Of a DNA stretch of 32,212 nucleotides, positions 27,889-32,212 are shown in pieces (position 1 is the first letter of the stretch; each line of letters starts with the position of its first letter). The DNA is from Malassezia furfur (lineage: Eukaryota): the NCBI GenBank assembly GCA_052055015.1, contig JBQJIT010000086.1; one strand, written 5' to 3'. Below the pieces are notes generated by a model. That model was not told the DNA's origin and searched no databases. It was given only the letters and a program-made list of their open reading frames with translations. The translations under genes were made by a program, and so were the position numbers.

Positions 27889-29861
27889 TTAGTTTTTTGA
27901 TTCTTTATTTACAGCAATATCCATTAGTGTATTTTCTAGGATACCAACTCCTGGTACTACTGCTAGGAAATATACGAAGTAGAAGATTGTTGCATAGCTA
28001 CCAATTTCGTAGTAAGGATATTCAGGGTGTTGTGATCCAATCCACATTAGGATTAGGAAATCTACAACGAATACCCAGAATGCAAATCGTGATAGAGGTC
28101 GGAATTGGTTACCTCGTACTCGTGATGTATCTAGTACTGGCATTGCTAGTAGGATTAGTAGTGATCCAAACATTGCTAGTACCCCTACAATTTTTGATGG
28201 AATTGATCGTAGGATTGCATAGAATGGTAGTAGATACCACTCAGGTACAATTGATGGAGGTGTTTGCATTGGGTTTGCTGGGATATAATTATCTGAATGT
28301 CCTAGTACATTTGGATAGAAGAATACAAATACTGCTAGGATTAGTAGGAATAGTGTCACTGTTACCAGATCTTTAAATACAAAGTATGGATGGAATGGTA
28401 GTCGATCAGTATTTCCTGAAATTCCTAGTGGATTACCACTACCATGCTCATGAATTGTTAGCAGATGCATTGCTGCTAGAGCTGCTAGAATGAATGGTAG
28501 TAGGAAATGTAGTGAGAAGAATCGGTTTAGTGTTGCGTTGTTTACACTAAATCCTCCCCATACAAATTGTACTAGATCTTGACCAATCCATGGGATTGCA
28601 CTTAGAAGATTTGTAATTACTGTAGCCATATACTCAATTATATGTTGTATAATCTCTATACTATTTATCCTGTTATTACACATTCAAAATAGTTATCCTT
28701 CAACCATATAACCATGTACTCTATTCTATTATCATATCTACATTAATATTTAATAAAATGAGCCTTGTGTATTATTTACAATAATAGAGTATCCCGACTG
28801 TACATTAAGCATTTATATTTTAATATAAACACCCACCGATGAACCAGTCTGTAGCGACCATATATATTTATAAATATTTAGAAAAATTTCTATATACTAA
28901 ATATCCAATATACATAACCGACGGTCTAAATCTAAGGATAAGATTGTTGACCGTTTTCATCAGCATCGCCTAATATTATCATATTTATTATTTTATTAGA
29001 CTATACAATATTTCAAATAATATTTCTATATTATTATCATTGCATTTGGGGCAATACTTTCTCACCCCATAGTGACATTTGACCATATGGAAGAACATAC
29101 TATATCTCTTAATTGATTTATTTCCTTATCACTAAACCAATCAGCTGTACCTATTTCATTATTTTATTCTATTATTTCATAGGCCTTGGTAAATAATTTC
29201 TTATTTAAGATATTCGACTGTACATTAAGCACCATTGCAGGCACCCACGAGTGACCCAGTCTGTCGCGATCATGTATATAACCGACGGTCTTAACTTGTG
29301 ATAAAAAGTCTTTAACCGTTTTCACTCGCATCGCCATATAGTTTATACTATACAATATCTTTGTCAAGATATTCTATTAATTTTATTCTATTCTTTATAC
29401 AAATTCCCTAGAATATTATTAATAGGACTATAAATATTCCTCATATTTATTTTGGGCTATGATTATTAACCCAGGAATGCTGTTGCCATTGTTAGGATTA
29501 GAATTACTACTCCGATTGACCATGGCAGGATTCGTGGTGATTTGTAACTTCCATAGTATAGTCCTCGTCCTACATGGAAGTACATGAATAGGAAGAAGAA
29601 TGAAGCTGTATTAGCATGCACATATCGGATTGCCCAACCATAGTTTACATCTCGCATAATGTGTTCAACACTTGCGAATGCTAGGTCTACATTTGGACAA
29701 TAATGCATTGCTAGGAAAATACCTGTTAGGATTTGGATTACTAGACAAAGTCCCAGTAGTGATCCAAAGTTCCACATGTATGAAATGTTTGCTGGCTCAG
29801 GGTTATCAATTAGATAACTATTCATAAGACCAAGAATTGAATTCGATTTTAGGATTCGCAT
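27889..29861 (-). CDS. cob: Apocytochrome b, three exons: 29861-29469, 29099-29064, 28626-27889 (1167 nt, 388 aa)
   Basis: Joins as ...[25 protein letters not shown]...; PEWY motif present. Confidence 0.97.
28627..29063 (-). mobile_element. cob intron 2 (after cds nt 429), 437-nt ORF-less group I intron (probably ID)
   Basis: T|...G| boundaries; guide sequence GTATTGCCCCA pairs with exon TGGGGT; core similar to cob intron 1. Confidence 0.9.
29100..29468 (-). mobile_element. cob intron 1 (after cds nt 393), 369-nt ORF-less group I intron (probably ID)
   Basis: Common FLG/YVLP insertion site; T|...G| boundaries; core GACAGACTGGGTCAC...GCTTAATGTACAGTCG. Confidence 0.9.
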
Positions 29862-30150
29862 TATATTTAATTTTATAATTTATTATATAAAATCACGATT
29901 CAGACGTATATTTTATATTTCATTTATTCAAAATAAGAATAACTTATTCTGATAATTTATTATCATTTAATTAATGATCTAAGTACTTCTTAGTTACCTA
30001 AATCTTATTCATAAACTTTGACAATTATTTATTTATTATTGCCTAATATTCTTTTTATAATAACATCTAAGATTATCAAAATAATCATAATCTTCTATAT
30101 ACAAATATATATTTGTATATTATTTCTTTCTATTTTTATAGATAATTTAA

Positions 30151-30222
30151 TTTGTCCTAGAGGAATCGAACCTCTATAATGTTTTTATCGGAAACACATT
30201 CTAGCCGTTGAATTAAGGACAA
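30151..30222 (-). tRNA. trnI: tRNA-Ile(GAT)
   Basis: Anticodon arm TGTTT-CCGATAA-AAACA. Confidence 0.92.
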
Positions 30223-30447
30223 TTACAATACTTATATTTTCCTCCTTGATCCTACACTATAATTCTATATCCATATATTTATACTCATCTTACCTTAGGC
30301 TATAGGGGAATTCGCCTTATATCTTATTCTATTTAATAAAACTATTAACTTTATTTTATTAAATTATTTAGAATATTTGCGACTATTTATAATTTATATT
30401 TGGTTATTACCATTATTAATATCGAATGTATACATACATAGATTATC

Positions 30448-31992
30448 ATGATCCTTCTATCTCTTCTTCTTATTCCTCTATTTGGAATCCTTCTTATTGC
30501 TCCATCTTACCGTAGTTATGATCTTCTATCTATCACTAACTTTGGTAATACTGATGATGCTAAAAAAGTTGATCCTGATACTAAACTTAAAGTTATTGCT
30601 CTTGCTATTTCTATCATTGCATTTCTTTATTCTCTTAGTCTTCTTCTTCTTTTTGATCCATCTACTCCTGAATATCAATTTACTTTCAACTTCAATAATA
30701 AAGATCTTAGCATCTTTACTTCTGATTTCCAAATTGGTATTGATGGTATTTCTATTTATTTTGTTATCCTTACTACTTTCCTATTCCCAATCTCATTCCT
30801 TGCTAGCTGGAACATCACTTCAGCTACTTCTCTTGGAGGTAACAAATATAATGTTAAATTCTACCTTTGTACACTTCTTCTTCTTGAAATCCTTCTTATC
30901 CTAGTATTTATCGTTACTGATATTCTACTATTCTATATTTTCTTCGAGAGTGTACTTATCCCTCTATTCCTTATCGTTGGTATTTGGGGTGGTAGTCCTA
31001 ACCGAGTTCGTGCTGCATTCCTTCTATTCCTATTCACACTTATCGGTTCTCTATTTATGCTTCTATCTATCCTAACTATTTACTACAACGTTGGATCTAC
31101 TGATTTCAACCTTATTAGTCAATATGCATTTGATGCTACTACTCAAAAACTTCTTTGGGCTGGTATCTTTATTAGTATGGCTATTAAATTCCCAATGTGG
31201 CCATTCTACTCATGGCTATACCGAGCCCATGCTGAAGCTCCTATTGCTGGTAGTATTCTACTTGCAGGTATTGTACTTAAGATGGCTACATATGGTAGTC
31301 TACGACTTCTACTTCAGTTCTTCCCTGATGCTTCATACTACTTTAGTCCTCTTGTACAAACACTTGCTGTTATGAGTGTTATCTATGCTAGTCTTGCTAC
31401 TCTTCGACAAACTGATTTCAAAGCTCTTGTTGCTTATTCTAGTGTTGGACATATGGGTATTGTTGTTCTTGGTCTATTCTCTAACTCTATCCAAGGTGTT
31501 GAAGGATCTATTGTTCTTTCTATTGCCCATGGTTTCGTTAGTCCTGCTCTATTTACTCTTGTAGGTGCTGTTCTATACGACCGATTCCATACTCGTACAA
31601 TCCGATACTACCGAGGTCTTGTTACTTACATGCCTGTATTCACTGCATTCTTCTTCCTATTTACTATCTTCAATGCTGGTATCCCTCTAAGTGCTAACTG
31701 GATTGGTGAGGCTCTTTGTCTAATGGGTAGCTATCAATTCAACCCTATTGTTTCTATCCTTGGATCTACTGGTATTGTTCTAAGTGCTGCTTACTCTATT
31801 TGGCTATACAACCGAATCTCTTACGGTGCTTACAGTAACTACCTAGGTTATACTACAGATATGAACCGTCGAGAATTCAATATTATCCTACCTCTATTCC
31901 TTCTTACTCTTCTATTTGGTATGGCTCCTAACCTAATCATTGATAACATCGACGTATCTGTTACAACTCTTCTATATCATATCCCTAATTAA
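30448..31992 (+). CDS. nad4: NADH dehydrogenase subunit 4
   Basis: GIDGISIYF, FYIFFESVLIP, AHAEAPIAGSILLAGIVLK, DFKALVAYSSVGHMG. Confidence 0.99.
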   Translation: MILLSLLLIPLFGILLIAPSYRSYDLLSITNFGNTDDAKKVDPDTKLKVIALAISIIAFLYSLSLLLLFDPSTPEYQFTFNFNNKDLSIFTSDFQIGIDGISIYFVILTTFLFPISFLASWNITSATSLGGNKYNVKFYLCTLLLLEILLILVFIVTDILLFYIFFESVLIPLFLIVGIWGGSPNRVRAAFLLFLFTLIGSLFMLLSILTIYYNVGSTDFNLISQYAFDATTQKLLWAGIFISMAIKFPMWPFYSWLYRAHAEAPIAGSILLAGIVLKMATYGSLRLLLQFFPDASYYFSPLVQTLAVMSVIYASLATLRQTDFKALVAYSSVGHMGIVVLGLFSNSIQGVEGSIVLSIAHGFVSPALFTLVGAVLYDRFHTRTIRYYRGLVTYMPVFTAFFFLFTIFNAGIPLSANWIGEALCLMGSYQFNPIVSILGSTGIVLSAAYSIWLYNRISYGAYSNYLGYTTDMNRREFNIILPLFLLTLLFGMAPNLIIDNIDVSVTTLLYHIPN

Positions 31993-32012
31993 TTATATTA
32001 ATTAATATATTT

Positions 32013-32019
32013 TCCCCTT
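32013..32019 (+). terminator. TCCCCTT 3'-end motif (one of 13 perfect copies downstream of genes)
   Basis: Same heptamer in sense orientation after 12 protein genes and rns; function inferred. Confidence 0.65.
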
Positions 32020-32157
32020 ATCTAAATTAACCTTATCTAAATTAACCTATTGAATACTAATCTAATATTATATTCATATTCAATATACTCTATCCTACTC
32101 TAACTTTCACTCTTGTTATATTATTATATCATATACCTTGACCTACTCTGCCCTACT

Positions 32158-32212
32158 TAAAAGACAAAAAGGGAAGAGGTATTCGTCTGTTCTCTTATGT
32201 TAATAGATTAGG
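32158..32212. repeat. Right copy of exact 55-bp terminal inverted repeat
   Basis: Reverse complement of 1-55. Confidence 0.97.

Noticed and set aside
27897..28376. 159-aa antisense ORF over cob, and similar ones (1664-1903, 3660-3881, 10709-11041, 30526-30732)
   Set aside because: Antisense shadows of real genes with no recognisable motif
29164..29367. 67-aa ORF in cob intron 1
   Set aside because: Runs through the ribozyme core, has a non-ATG start and no LAGLIDADG or GIY-YIG motif

Overview
AT-rich fungal (basidiomycete, most likely Malassezia-like) mitochondrial DNA, almost a complete mitogenome. It encodes nad1-6, nad4L, cox1-3, cob, atp6, atp8, rps3, rns, rnl and 18 tRNAs. There are nine group I introns: five in cox1 (four with LAGLIDADG ORFs), two in cob and two in rnl. 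atp9 and tRNAs for Leu, Arg and His are absent. The two window ends are an exact 55-bp inverted repeat, which fits a collapsed large inverted repeat that holds the missing genes. Main observations: (1) all eight LAGLIDADG motifs in the four intron ORFs lack the catalytic acidic residue, yet the ORFs keep host-type codon usage, suggesting nuclease-dead maturases. (2) These ORFs need recoding to be expressed: five in-frame TGA codons at Trp-like positions with only tRNA-Trp(CCA) seen, and a +1 shift at GGT-AGG. (3) Core genes avoid TTA/TTG and AGA/AGG. (4) A perfect TCCCCTT heptamer lies downstream of 12 protein genes and rns. (5) A small double-hairpin repeat family occurs in spacers. The taxon, intron subgroups and rRNA ends are judged by eye, without database searches.
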